From Nitrospira sp. (GTDB lineage: Bacteria > Nitrospirota > Nitrospiria > Nitrospirales > Nitrospiraceae), in the NCBI GenBank assembly GCA_005116775.1, contig SWDN01000013.1, forward strand, positions 3,337 through 67,336: a stretch of DNA of 64,000 bases, read 5' to 3'. Every line of letters begins with the position of its first letter. Position 1 is the stretch's first letter. The notes beneath the pieces are model-generated. The model made no database searches. It saw nothing but the letters and a program-made list of their open reading frames with translations, and had not been told where the DNA came from. Below, in pieces: positions 48,116 to 56,502 of this stretch. A program made the position numbers and the translations under genes.

Positions 48116-48139
48116 CGATTGGATGGTATTGGTTCAGGC

Positions 48140-48952
48140 ATGCAATCCATGATCAACGTCATCGTCGCAGGGGCAGCAGGCCGCATGGGTTGTCGTCTCG
48201 TTGCGCTCATGAAAGATTCAACCACGTTGACGCTGGCGGGCGCCATCGAGGGAAAGGGGCATGATGCTGTCGGCAGCGATGCCGGAGAAACCGCCGGCTG
48301 TGGCCACGCGGGCCTTCCGATTACCGACAATCTTTCTGCGCTCCTTGACAGAGGTGAAGTGGTCGTCGATTTCTCTTCTCCTGAGGCGACACTCGATCAT
48401 TTACGAACTGTGGCGCAATATCGACGGGCCATGGTAATCGGTACGACGGGGTTTTCACCTTCCCAGCTCGAAGAACTGAAATCGCTGGCGAGCCAAGTTC
48501 CCTGTGTGTTGTCCCCCAACATGAGCGTGGGTGTCAATCTGATCTACAAGGTCATCAGCGAGATGGCAAAAACACTGGGGGACGACTACGACATTGAAGT
48601 GATTGAAGCCCACCATCGCCTCAAGAAAGATGCGCCAAGCGGCACCGCGCTCAGGATCGCGGAAGTGTTGGCGAGCGCGGTGAGCCGGGATTTGGATCAG
48701 GTCGGTGTCTATGCCCGGAAAGGTCTCATCGGGGAACGGAAGAAGGGTGAGATCGGCATTCAAACAATCCGTGCCGGAGACATTGTCGGCGACCATACGA
48801 TTCTTTTTGGCGGGATGGGTGAGCGCATCGAAGTGACCCATCGAGCGAGTAGCCGAGATACCTTTGCAGGAGGCGCCTTGCGTGCGGCTCGGTGGGTTGT
48901 TCAGCAGCCACCGGGATTGTATGACATGATGGACGTGCTGAGTCTCCGATAG
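48140..48952 (+). CDS. dapB: 4-hydroxy-tetrahydrodipicolinate reductase
   Basis: 'VAGAAGRMG' and 'EAHHRLKKDAPSGTA'. The start is ATG 48140 or 48149. Confidence 0.9.
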   Translation: MQSMINVIVAGAAGRMGCRLVALMKDSTTLTLAGAIEGKGHDAVGSDAGETAGCGHAGLPITDNLSALLDRGEVVVDFSSPEATLDHLRTVAQYRRAMVIGTTGFSPSQLEELKSLASQVPCVLSPNMSVGVNLIYKVISEMAKTLGDDYDIEVIEAHHRLKKDAPSGTALRIAEVLASAVSRDLDQVGVYARKGLIGERKKGEIGIQTIRAGDIVGDHTILFGGMGERIEVTHRASSRDTFAGGALRAARWVVQQPPGLYDMMDVLSLR

Positions 48953-49189
48953 TTCTTCCTCGTTGTCGCGGTTTCCACATCGTCATGGCCGCGACCTCCA
49001 AATTTTCTATTGGAGTGGAGACACTGACGTGGCACCGTCTGCCCGCATCGGCAAGCAGTGCGATGCTGCAGTACGGGCTTGAGGCAACACGCCGGAAGAG
49101 CGATCTCTGGGCAAACCACCACCCCAGGGAGCCTCAGCTTCCTTTCGCTCGTCGGACGTGAGCAGTCTCAGTCCTGTTATGATGCGGGG

Positions 49190-49342
49190 TTAATGTCTCG
49201 CGGTAATAGGCCGAGGTTCTTGGTCCGCTGATTTTCGCCGACCACAGTTCAAGCACGCAAACACTGTGATCGCAAGTCCTGCGTTCAGATCCACTGCCCG
49301 TTCCGGTAGCATCGCCCCGCGGCATTTATCGCAAGTTGTCAT
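49190..49342 (-). CDS. Possible 50-aa zinc-ribbon peptide (below the ORF-track cut-off)
   Basis: My own translation gives MTTCDKCRGAMLPERAVDLNAGLAITVFACLNCGRRKSADQEPRPITARH, with CxxC...CxxC spacing like the 21125-21319 ORF. There is no clear SD. Confidence 0.2.
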   Translation of the reverse strand: MTTCDKCRGAMLPERAVDLNAGLAITVFACLNCGRRKSADQEPRPITARH

Positions 49343-49500
49343 GACGTCACTGTATCATGATGAGAAATAGAAGCATATCCATCTGAAGTACTGGGTCGCG
49401 TGGGAAAATGGTTCTTCTGCTCAGATGTCGCTGGGCCGTTTGAGCCTAATGCTTGTATGAGACCTCATTGTGATCCGCTGGCATGTACGGTTCGGAGTTC

Positions 49501-49529
49501 TTGACAGTGGTGGGCCTGTCCCATAGGAT
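49501..49529 (+). promoter_or_regulatory. Sigma-70-like promoter candidate
   Basis: TTGACA (49501-49506), a 17-nt spacer, then TAGGAT (49524-49529), about 27 nt upstream of ATG 49556. Confidence 0.4.
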
Positions 49530-49555
49530 TGTGGGGCAAGGAAGCATATACCACT

Positions 49556-49807
49556 ATGTATAGATTTCTCCTTATTCTTGGGCTGCTCGTTATCCTGTAC
49601 TTCCTTGTTCGGCGAGCAGTTCGAGGACTTAAAGGCCAGGGAAAGCCGGAACGTCTTCCTCCCAGTAAGGATGAGATGGTCCAGGATCCCGAGTGTCTGG
49701 TGTTTGTTCCAAGGGGAGTAGCGGTCACGGAAGATATCGGTGGGCAGACCTATTACTTTTGCAGTCAATCGTGTGCGCACAAGTTTCAGGAGAAACTTGT
49801 GCGCTAG
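49556..49807 (+). CDS. Membrane-anchored TRASH/YHS-like metal-binding domain protein, 83 aa
   Basis: N-terminal TM 'FLLILGLLVILYFLV' followed by 'VQDPECLVFVP...GGQTYYFCSQSCAHKF', which resembles TRASH/YHS. Confidence 0.6.
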   Translation: MYRFLLILGLLVILYFLVRRAVRGLKGQGKPERLPPSKDEMVQDPECLVFVPRGVAVTEDIGGQTYYFCSQSCAHKFQEKLVR

Positions 49808-50115
49808 CAGCCTGAGTAACTCGAGTCGGACAGTTTTTCTTCTTTGTCGAATTTGAGCGTGATCTGGCATTGATTGGGGGTGAAGTTAAAGAGTGGTAGG
49901 CCCGATTTGCCGCCGGCGATGCGATAGTAGGTCCAGGTTTCGCCGCCAAAAAATCTTGTGGCTTTGCCGCTCGGCGCTCCCCAGTTTTTTTCAAACCAAG
50001 CCTTGTCCTTGCCTTGTAGTTCGGCAGGTTTGAGCGATTGGTCGAGATAGGGATTACCACCGCCGCAGCCTGTTAGGGCTAGGCTGAACAGGAATATCCA
50101 AGCTGATCGTCGCAT
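49804..50115 (-). CDS. Small lipoprotein, 103 aa
   Basis: Signal/lipobox 'IFLFSLALTGC'. Its stop codon overlaps the stop of the convergent gene in the palindrome CTAG (49804-49807). Confidence 0.6.
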   Translation of the reverse strand: MRRSAWIFLFSLALTGCGGGNPYLDQSLKPAELQGKDKAWFEKNWGAPSGKATRFFGGETWTYYRIAGGKSGLPLFNFTPNQCQITLKFDKEEKLSDSSYSGC

Positions 50116-50306
50116 AGTGTACTCTCCTCGGTCATGATCGCACGGAGACGAGTCGTAGGCTGAGTAGCAGAATTCTAACCGGCAGCCTGGGGCCTGTCAA
50201 ACCCGCGTATGCCGGAAGAAGATGGGAGTTCAGTTGAGTTCTTGGTATGAATGACCGATAACATATTCATGACAGGGGTTTCACCCCGCTATGAAAGGAC
50301 ACACCC

Positions 50307-50954
50307 ATGAAATTCTTTCTCGATACTGCCAACGTCAAGGAAATCCAGGAGGCGGCCAGCCTCGGACTTCTCGACGGAGTGACCACAAATCCATCGCTTG
50401 TCGCTAAAGAAGGGCGCAGCTTTAAAGAAATGCTCGTCGAAATCTGCAACATCGTGGATGGACCGATCAGCGCAGAAGTCGTCAGCCTCGAAGCCGATGC
50501 CATGGTGAAGGAAGGGAAGGAGCTTGCGAAGATCCACAAGAATATCGTCGTGAAGGTGCCGTTGATTGCAGAGGGATTGAAAGCCACGAAGAAATTAGCC
50601 GCTGAGGGGATCAAGGTCAATGTCACATTATGTTTTTCTCCAACCCAAGCGCTCCTCGCGGCAAAAGCCGGCGCCTGGTGCGTGTCCCCTTTTATCGACC
50701 GGCTTGACGACATCAGTTCAAACGGGATGGAACTGATTCGGCAAATTCTGACCATCTATCGAAATTACGACTATAAGACCCAGGTGTTGGTGGCCAGTGT
50801 GCGCCATCCTCAGCACGTTGTTGAGGCTGCGTTGGCGGGAGGGCATATCTGTACGATGCCCTTTTCGATTTTCCAGCAGATGGTGAAACATCCGCTGACC
50901 GATAGCGGGCTCAAGAAGTTCCTGGCGGATTGGGAAGGTCAAGTCAAGAAGTAA
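50307..50954 (+). CDS. tal: Transaldolase / fructose-6-phosphate aldolase (short subfamily)
   Basis: '[16 protein letters not shown]', 'GVTTNPSL' and 'VVKVP' (Schiff-base Lys). Confidence 0.9.
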   Translation: MKFFLDTANVKEIQEAASLGLLDGVTTNPSLVAKEGRSFKEMLVEICNIVDGPISAEVVSLEADAMVKEGKELAKIHKNIVVKVPLIAEGLKATKKLAAEGIKVNVTLCFSPTQALLAAKAGAWCVSPFIDRLDDISSNGMELIRQILTIYRNYDYKTQVLVASVRHPQHVVEAALAGGHICTMPFSIFQQMVKHPLTDSGLKKFLADWEGQVKK

Positions 50955-50957
50955 GCC

Positions 50958-51665
50958 CTATTGGCCGGCTCGTGTGCGCTCCGGCTCAGCAAGTCGCTGT
51001 CGAGCCGTTGCGAAGATGTGGTGAAACATCGGTCTGGTCAATAGTCCGGTGAAGGTATTTTGCTGGCTTGGATGGTATGAGCCGATCAGTGTGATGCCCC
51101 AGGGAAGAACCTGGACGATTCCATGGGAAAATTTTGGGAGCGGCGAGGGAAGTTGCTGCTTCTCATCGCGGCAGGCTTTCAAGTAATGATCGAACGCGAT
51201 CTTGCCAAGCGCCACCACCACTCGGACCTTTCGTAACAGTCTGATCTCTTCCTGTAAATACGGGCGACAGGCGTTGAATTCGTCTGGTGCTGGTTTGTTG
51301 TCGGGCGGCGCGCAACGGACCGTGGCGCCGATGTAACAATCCAAGAGTTTCATTCCGTCATCCCGGTGATGAGAGTGGGGTTGGTTGGCGAAGCCAAATC
51401 GATGTAAGGTGTCATACAGCCAGTCTCCGCTGCGATCACCGGTAAATACTCGTCCGGTTCGGTTGCCACCGTGGGCGGCCGGCGCCAGCCCAAGTACATA
51501 GAGGCGGGCATGGGAGTCTCCGAATCCTGGGACCGGACGTCCCCAATAGGTCCAGTCCTCATACTGCTTTCGTTTCTCTGCCGCGATCGTTTCCCGATAG
51601 GCGACGAGTCGTGAGCAGGCCGTACAGTGGGTGATGCGATCGTTGAGAAGGGTCAGCGCGCGCAT
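50958..51665 (-). CDS. Uracil-DNA glycosylase superfamily protein (family 5/4-like)
   Basis: 'LYVLGLAPAAHGGNRTGRVFTGDRSG', and an N-terminal Cys pair 'HCTACSRL' typical of the Fe-S UDGs. Confidence 0.75.
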   Translation of the reverse strand: MRALTLLNDRITHCTACSRLVAYRETIAAEKRKQYEDWTYWGRPVPGFGDSHARLYVLGLAPAAHGGNRTGRVFTGDRSGDWLYDTLHRFGFANQPHSHHRDDGMKLLDCYIGATVRCAPPDNKPAPDEFNACRPYLQEEIRLLRKVRVVVALGKIAFDHYLKACRDEKQQLPSPLPKFSHGIVQVLPWGITLIGSYHPSQQNTFTGLLTRPMFHHIFATARQRLAEPERTRAGQ

Positions 51666-51781
51666 AATGCGCGCAGTCTAGCACGAATCTGAAAATCGAT
51701 CCTGCTTGCCGGTCCTTCATCGGACTGTTAGCATACGCACTCAATGGAGATGATTCATTGCAAGTAGGAGGAAGCATTGGC

Positions 51782-52543
51782 ATGACGACGTGGGTTAAAC
51801 GAGCATTGGCGCTTAGCGGGCTGTGGATCGTGGTTGGGCTTCCAATTGCGATCGCGGCACAGCCACAACCTGAATTTTCCGACACGAAAGAGAGCCTGTC
51901 TCGGTCTGGAGCCAATGGAGAGCCGGAGCGAGACATGATTCTGGTCGATCCCCCTGAAGACCTCAACGAGCCGGAGGATCGCCTCGTCATTCTTCCAGAA
52001 ATCAAGAGAGAAGGAGAGCGGTACTTCCTCAGTTCGTTCAAGCTGCCGGACAAACTGACCTTTGCCGGCCAACCGGTCCCGCTCGATAACTGGCAGGTAC
52101 GTGAACGTATCGAGTACGAGTTCTATCAATTCTTGGAGGATCAGGGGGAAAGCATCATTCTCGCCAAACGAACTGGCCGCTGTTTTCCTCCCGCCGAAAA
52201 GCAGTTGGCAGACGCCGGATTGCCGGACGATCTCAAGTATATGTTGCTGGTGGAGAGCAAATGCGTGGCCGCCGCCTATTCAAAAGCGAAAGCATCGGGA
52301 CCGTGGCAATTCATTCCCTCAACCGGGCGGCGCTATCGCCTCAAGAGCGATGCGGTTCGCGACGAACGCCGCAATCTGGAAATGTCGACGGAGGCGGCGG
52401 TCAAGTATTTGCGCTATCTCAAGGATTTCAAGGAAAACGATTGGTTCATGGCCATGGCTTCGTACTCCCTGATCGATCCGGTCAGCAGGCGGCTGCCAGG
52501 CTCTGTGCCTTGGCGGCAGAACTCAATCGGCGCGATCTCTTGA
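51782..52543 (+). pseudogene. Lytic murein transglycosylase (SLT domain), with family similarity lost after about 52465
   Basis: Signal peptide, then 'MLLVESKCVAAAYSKAKASGPWQFIPSTG...DERRNLEMSTEAAVKYLRYL...WFMAMASY'. The expected 'N.G' continuation is replaced by 26 unrelated codons running into the next gene. Confidence 0.65.
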
Positions 52544-53481
52544 TCGTCCTTCTGTCCGGCGGCGCCTCCAGTTTACTGCCGGCCCCTGTTTCAGGGATTT
52601 CCCTGGCCGACAAGCAGCAGACCACGCAGCTACTCTTGCGATGTGGAGCGAGCATCGGCGAAATCAATACTATTCGGAAACATCTCTCGACAATCAAGGG
52701 CGGGCGTCTTGCCGAGTTGACCGAGGCCACCGTTGTGACGCTGATTCTCTCCGATGTATTGGGCGACGACATCAGCGCCATTGCCTCAGGGCCGACAGTC
52801 CCAGATCCCACGACGTATCAAGAGGCTGTCGCGATTGTGAAACACTATCGCATGTGGCGGGCGATCCCTCAGAGCGTGCGACAGCATCTTGACCGTGGAT
52901 GTCAGGGACTTGCAGATGAGACTCCGAAGCCAGGCGCTTCTCTATTTCGTCGAGTCCATCATCATATCGTCGGGAACAACATCGCGGCCGTCATGGCTGT
53001 GGCTCGCGCCGCCAGAGAGGTCGGTTTGCGAACCCTTGTACAGAGGCAGGTCTTGACGGGAGAGGCATCTGAGGAAGGGCGGCGATTCGGCGCGTTGGCC
53101 AAAAACATTGTGCGAGCAGGTAACCCGTTGCAAAGACCTTGCTGTGTGGTGGCCGGTGGGGAGACCACTGTGACCGTCACTGGAAAAGGAACAGGCGGAA
53201 GGGCTCAAGAGTTCGCAGCCGCTGCGGCGCTGGAGATTGCTGGTTTGGACAAGGTGTGGGTTGCGGCCATCGGTACTGATGGCACGGATGGTCCGACTGA
53301 TGCGGCGGGGGCCGTCGTCGATGGCCATACGATGGCTCGCGCGCAGCGTCTCTCGGTGGATCTCAAGGGCGCATTGAAACGTCACAATACCTACCCCGCA
53401 TTGAAGCGGCTCAATCAGCTCATCGTCACCGGTCCAACCGGAACGAACGTCAACGACCTTTACCTCCTCCTCGCGCTCTAG
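52468..53481 (+). pseudogene. Glycerate 2-kinase / hydroxypyruvate reductase family (MOFRL), lacking roughly the first 90-100 codons
   Basis: Similarity begins abruptly at 'LPDRSGQQAAARLCALAAELNRRDLLIVLLSGGASSLLPAP...INTIRKHLSTIKGG...LSDVLGDD...ASGPT' and continues to the MOFRL C-terminus 'CVVAGGETTVTVTGKGTGGRAQE...GTDGTDGPTDAAGA'. No N-terminal domain is encoded upstream in any frame. Confidence 0.7.
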
Positions 53482-53496
53482 GTACTATCCATTTCA

Positions 53497-56160
53497 ATGG
53501 ATCGCCCTCTCATCCTTCCCTTGGCTTCTTGCATACAGCCCTCTCTTGTGGGAGGGAAAGCCCTCGGTCTAGGACGGCTGTTGGCAGGGGGATTCCCCGT
53601 TCCACCTGGACTGTGCGTGACGACGGAAGCCTATGACCATGCGCTTTGCGTACCGGGATTTTCCCCTGCGGAACAGTGGCAGACCGCTCTGAATTCCTCC
53701 GGGGCCGAGCGTCAGCGGATACTGTCCTCCTGTCGCACTGTCATTCAGAACCATGACATCGTTGGATTGACCGATCAGATCGTTAAACAGGTTCGCAAGC
53801 TGGGTCTGCCATCCTCTGGGCTCTGGGCCGTGAGGTCGTCGGCAACAAACGAGGATGGAGCGAGGGCGAGCTTTGCCGGAGTCTACCGCACGCATCTCGG
53901 TATTCCGCTGGAGGAGGTCGGCTCTGCGGTGAGGGATCTGTGGCTTTCGATTTGGGATGAGCGAGTTTTGAATTATCACGCAGCGTCTGGGCTGAGCGGA
54001 GCGCCTCCCGCCATGGCCGTCGTAATCCAACCGTTGTTAGAGGCGAGCGCTGCCGGCGTGGCCTATTCTGTCCATCCTCTTACAGGCAGAACGACCCAGG
54101 TCATGATCAATGCGGTTGCCGGGCTTGCCGTCGCCCTCGTCGATGGGCGCGCCACGCCGGACCAGTATGTGGTTGAGATAGCCGAGAACAGCGAGCCCCT
54201 CCGGATCAGCGAACGGACCATCGTCGGGCAGACTCAGGCGCTACGGATGACCGGGCAAGGTCTTCAATCTATGCCGTTGCCGGATGAAGCCGTGGGTCGC
54301 GCCACCTTGTCGGACGACCGACTGTTCGCCCTGGCTCGTGCGGCCAAGCAGATCGAACATTCGTTCGGCCATCCTGTGGATCTCGAATGGCTCTATGACG
54401 ATCGTAGCCTGTGGTTTCTTCAGGCGCGCCCAATCTCCGGTCTAGTTCGATCTCCTCGACTGACCAATGACGATTGCGAATGGTCGCGCGCGAATTTCAA
54501 AGAGACATTACCGGAGTTGCCGAGTCCGCTGGGGTTGTCTTTTCTCGAACAGTTTATGGAGCGCTACATTCTTTCTCCCTATCGGCGCATGGGGTGCCAG
54601 ATTCCCGAAGGGATCTCGTCGGTCCGTACGTTCCAGGGACGCCCCTACATCAATATGACACTGTTTTATTCCCTCATTGCGCAGCTGCGGGGAAATCCCT
54701 CTTTCATGACGGAGCAGATGGGAGGGGAAATTCTTGTCAGACCGCCGGAGGTTCGTCCGCTCGGTTGGATTGCGCTGGTGCGCGCCGGTGTGGTGCTGAT
54801 GGCCGAGATGAGAAAGGCCCTGCGCCATGGGCCTGCTTGGTTTGCAGAGATGAAAGCGATGGTGGCCGAGCATCGCGCGGATCGGATTCGGACTTTTTCA
54901 GTAAAAGACATCGCGTTGCGTCTCGATGCCCTCTCGCAATGGCTCGATGAACGTGAGCTGACATTCGCTATTGCGGGAGGGGTCGCGCAGTGTCTACAGG
55001 CATTAAGTGGCTTGCTGCCTCGCTGGATCGGCCAAGAGTGGAGATCCTTGCTGAATGGAGCGCTACAGGGTCAGGCGGCGGTGATCAGCGCGCAACAGAT
55101 CGTCCGGTTGGCAGAAATTGTTGAGCTGATCCGGCGAGACCCTTCAGCGGCGGCGCTGTTCACCGAAGAAAGGTGGGACCCAGGTGAGGTCCGTCGCGAA
55201 CTCGCTGGAACCGAGGCGCTCCGCGCCTTTGACCGGTATCTCGATGACTATGGCCATCGAGGGGTCGGCGAGTCTGATCCCATGTCACCTCGGTTCGCAG
55301 ATCGGCCGGAGTTGTTGCTGACGATATTGCGGACACAGATCCTGGCTCCAACCCACGCCACTCCGGCAGACATTCTGCAACGCCAAACACTAGTGCGGGA
55401 GCGGGCGCTCGCGGAGATTCACGCCAAATTCGGATGGCGATTCCATCGGCGGCTCGTCTTTTCTTGGTGGTATCGACGGCTGTGTCGGTTCTTCGCTCTG
55501 CGAGAAGCGAACCGGCATCATTTGATGTACTACTCGGCGGCGACACGGAGTCTTCTGCTTCGTCTGGGCGAGTGGCTGGTCGAACAGGGGCGGCTCTCGT
55601 CTCAGGACGATATTTTCTATCTCACGATCGAAGATCGCGCCGACTTGTTGGCGGGAAGATCGAGCGACTGGAAAGAGACGATTCAGGCGCGCCGAGCCGA
55701 GAGAGATTGTCACGCCACGATCAATGTTCCAGATACGATTCAGGATTGGCGCGAGACGGTCCGAGGCACAGACGCAACTTCCGTTGTGGCTTCAGAGGGA
55801 ATATTCCGCGGTATTCCTATCAGTGGGGGGCAGGTTGTGGGGCTAGTTCGTTTTGTCGGTTCGATGGAGGATTGGAGCCGAGTCTGCCGTGGCGATATTC
55901 TTGTCGTGTCGGTCGTCGATCCTGGTATGGCGCCGTTGTTCGGCATCGCAGCAGGATTGATCGCTGAGATGGGCGGGACACTCTCGCATGGGGCGATCAT
56001 CGCCCGCGAATATGGATTGCCGGCGGTGGCGAATGTGTCCGGTATTATCGCCAGACTCAAGGAAGGCGATCGAATCAGCTTGAATGCGGATCGAGGAGAG
56101 ATCGTCGTCCATGAGGGAGAAAGAGATGAGGCTGTGAAGGCGGAACCATCCAGTCAATGA
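53497..56160 (+). CDS. PEP-utilising enzyme with rifampicin-phosphotransferase-like architecture (N-terminal ATP-grasp, long helical middle, C-terminal swivelling His domain)
   Basis: N-terminal 'VGGKALGLGRLL...GFPVPPGLCVT' and 'AVRSSATNEDGARASFAGVY'. The extreme C-terminus carries 'GGTLSHGAIIAREYGLPAV' (His831, nt 55987-55989). There is no C-terminal TIM-barrel domain as in PpsA. Confidence 0.75.
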   Translation: MDRPLILPLASCIQPSLVGGKALGLGRLLAGGFPVPPGLCVTTEAYDHALCVPGFSPAEQWQTALNSSGAERQRILSSCRTVIQNHDIVGLTDQIVKQVRKLGLPSSGLWAVRSSATNEDGARASFAGVYRTHLGIPLEEVGSAVRDLWLSIWDERVLNYHAASGLSGAPPAMAVVIQPLLEASAAGVAYSVHPLTGRTTQVMINAVAGLAVALVDGRATPDQYVVEIAENSEPLRISERTIVGQTQALRMTGQGLQSMPLPDEAVGRATLSDDRLFALARAAKQIEHSFGHPVDLEWLYDDRSLWFLQARPISGLVRSPRLTNDDCEWSRANFKETLPELPSPLGLSFLEQFMERYILSPYRRMGCQIPEGISSVRTFQGRPYINMTLFYSLIAQLRGNPSFMTEQMGGEILVRPPEVRPLGWIALVRAGVVLMAEMRKALRHGPAWFAEMKAMVAEHRADRIRTFSVKDIALRLDALSQWLDERELTFAIAGGVAQCLQALSGLLPRWIGQEWRSLLNGALQGQAAVISAQQIVRLAEIVELIRRDPSAAALFTEERWDPGEVRRELAGTEALRAFDRYLDDYGHRGVGESDPMSPRFADRPELLLTILRTQILAPTHATPADILQRQTLVRERALAEIHAKFGWRFHRRLVFSWWYRRLCRFFALREANRHHLMYYSAATRSLLLRLGEWLVEQGRLSSQDDIFYLTIEDRADLLAGRSSDWKETIQARRAERDCHATINVPDTIQDWRETVRGTDATSVVASEGIFRGIPISGGQVVGLVRFVGSMEDWSRVCRGDILVVSVVDPGMAPLFGIAAGLIAEMGGTLSHGAIIAREYGLPAVANVSGIIARLKEGDRISLNADRGEIVVHEGERDEAVKAEPSSQ

Positions 56161-56182
56161 TCAGATGCTGTCGTAGGGCTGA

Positions 56183-56389
56183 ACGTCTCTAGCCCACATT
56201 ATTCATGAACGCTTCTGCTGCAATCGCCGATCCGCTGTTGCGACGAGCCTTCGGCCTGCAGGCTCGCCCCTCGTACCCTCAACGTACTGCACGAGTACGC
56301 TTCGGGTCCTCACGGCTCCGCGCGCAGGTTTCACGACGCGGCTCAGCGATTTCGCAACGAACCGTCATGATAATGTGGGCTAGGCGTCT
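56183..56389. mobile_element. MITE-like palindromic element (non-coding)
   Basis: Terminal inverted repeats CTAGCCCACATTATTCATGA (56189-56208) and TCATGATAATGTGGGCTAG (56365-56383) match at 19/20 with one indel. The arms stay roughly 75% complementary for about 60 nt. The flanking direct repeat is ACGTCT (56183-56188) / GCGTCT (56384-56389). Confidence 0.55.
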
Positions 56390-56396
56390 TTCGGCA

Positions 56397-56425
56397 TTGA
56401 CGTTTCTAGAAATTATACGTATGGT
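56397..56425 (+). promoter_or_regulatory. Sigma-70-like promoter candidate upstream of rmuC
   Basis: TTGACG (56397-56402), a 17-nt spacer, then TATGGT (56420-56425), followed by an A/T-rich stretch. Confidence 0.3.
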
Positions 56426-56502
56426 AAAAATGCAATCATTTCTCATTACCGTACCCATCAAACCGGCGAAAATGCGCAACAGCATGATGTGGAAAGTCAC
56501 CC

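Noticed and set aside
48963-48995. Hairpin GTCGCGG...CCGCGAC just after dapB, considered as a terminator.
   Set aside because: It has a 17-nt loop and no following T-run, so the evidence is too weak to annotate.
48953-49189. Unassigned 240-bp gap after dapB, inspected for RNase P, tmRNA, SRP or 6S RNA signatures.
   Set aside because: I could not find any of the conserved boxes I know for these RNAs on either strand. A covariance-model scan is needed before claiming anything.
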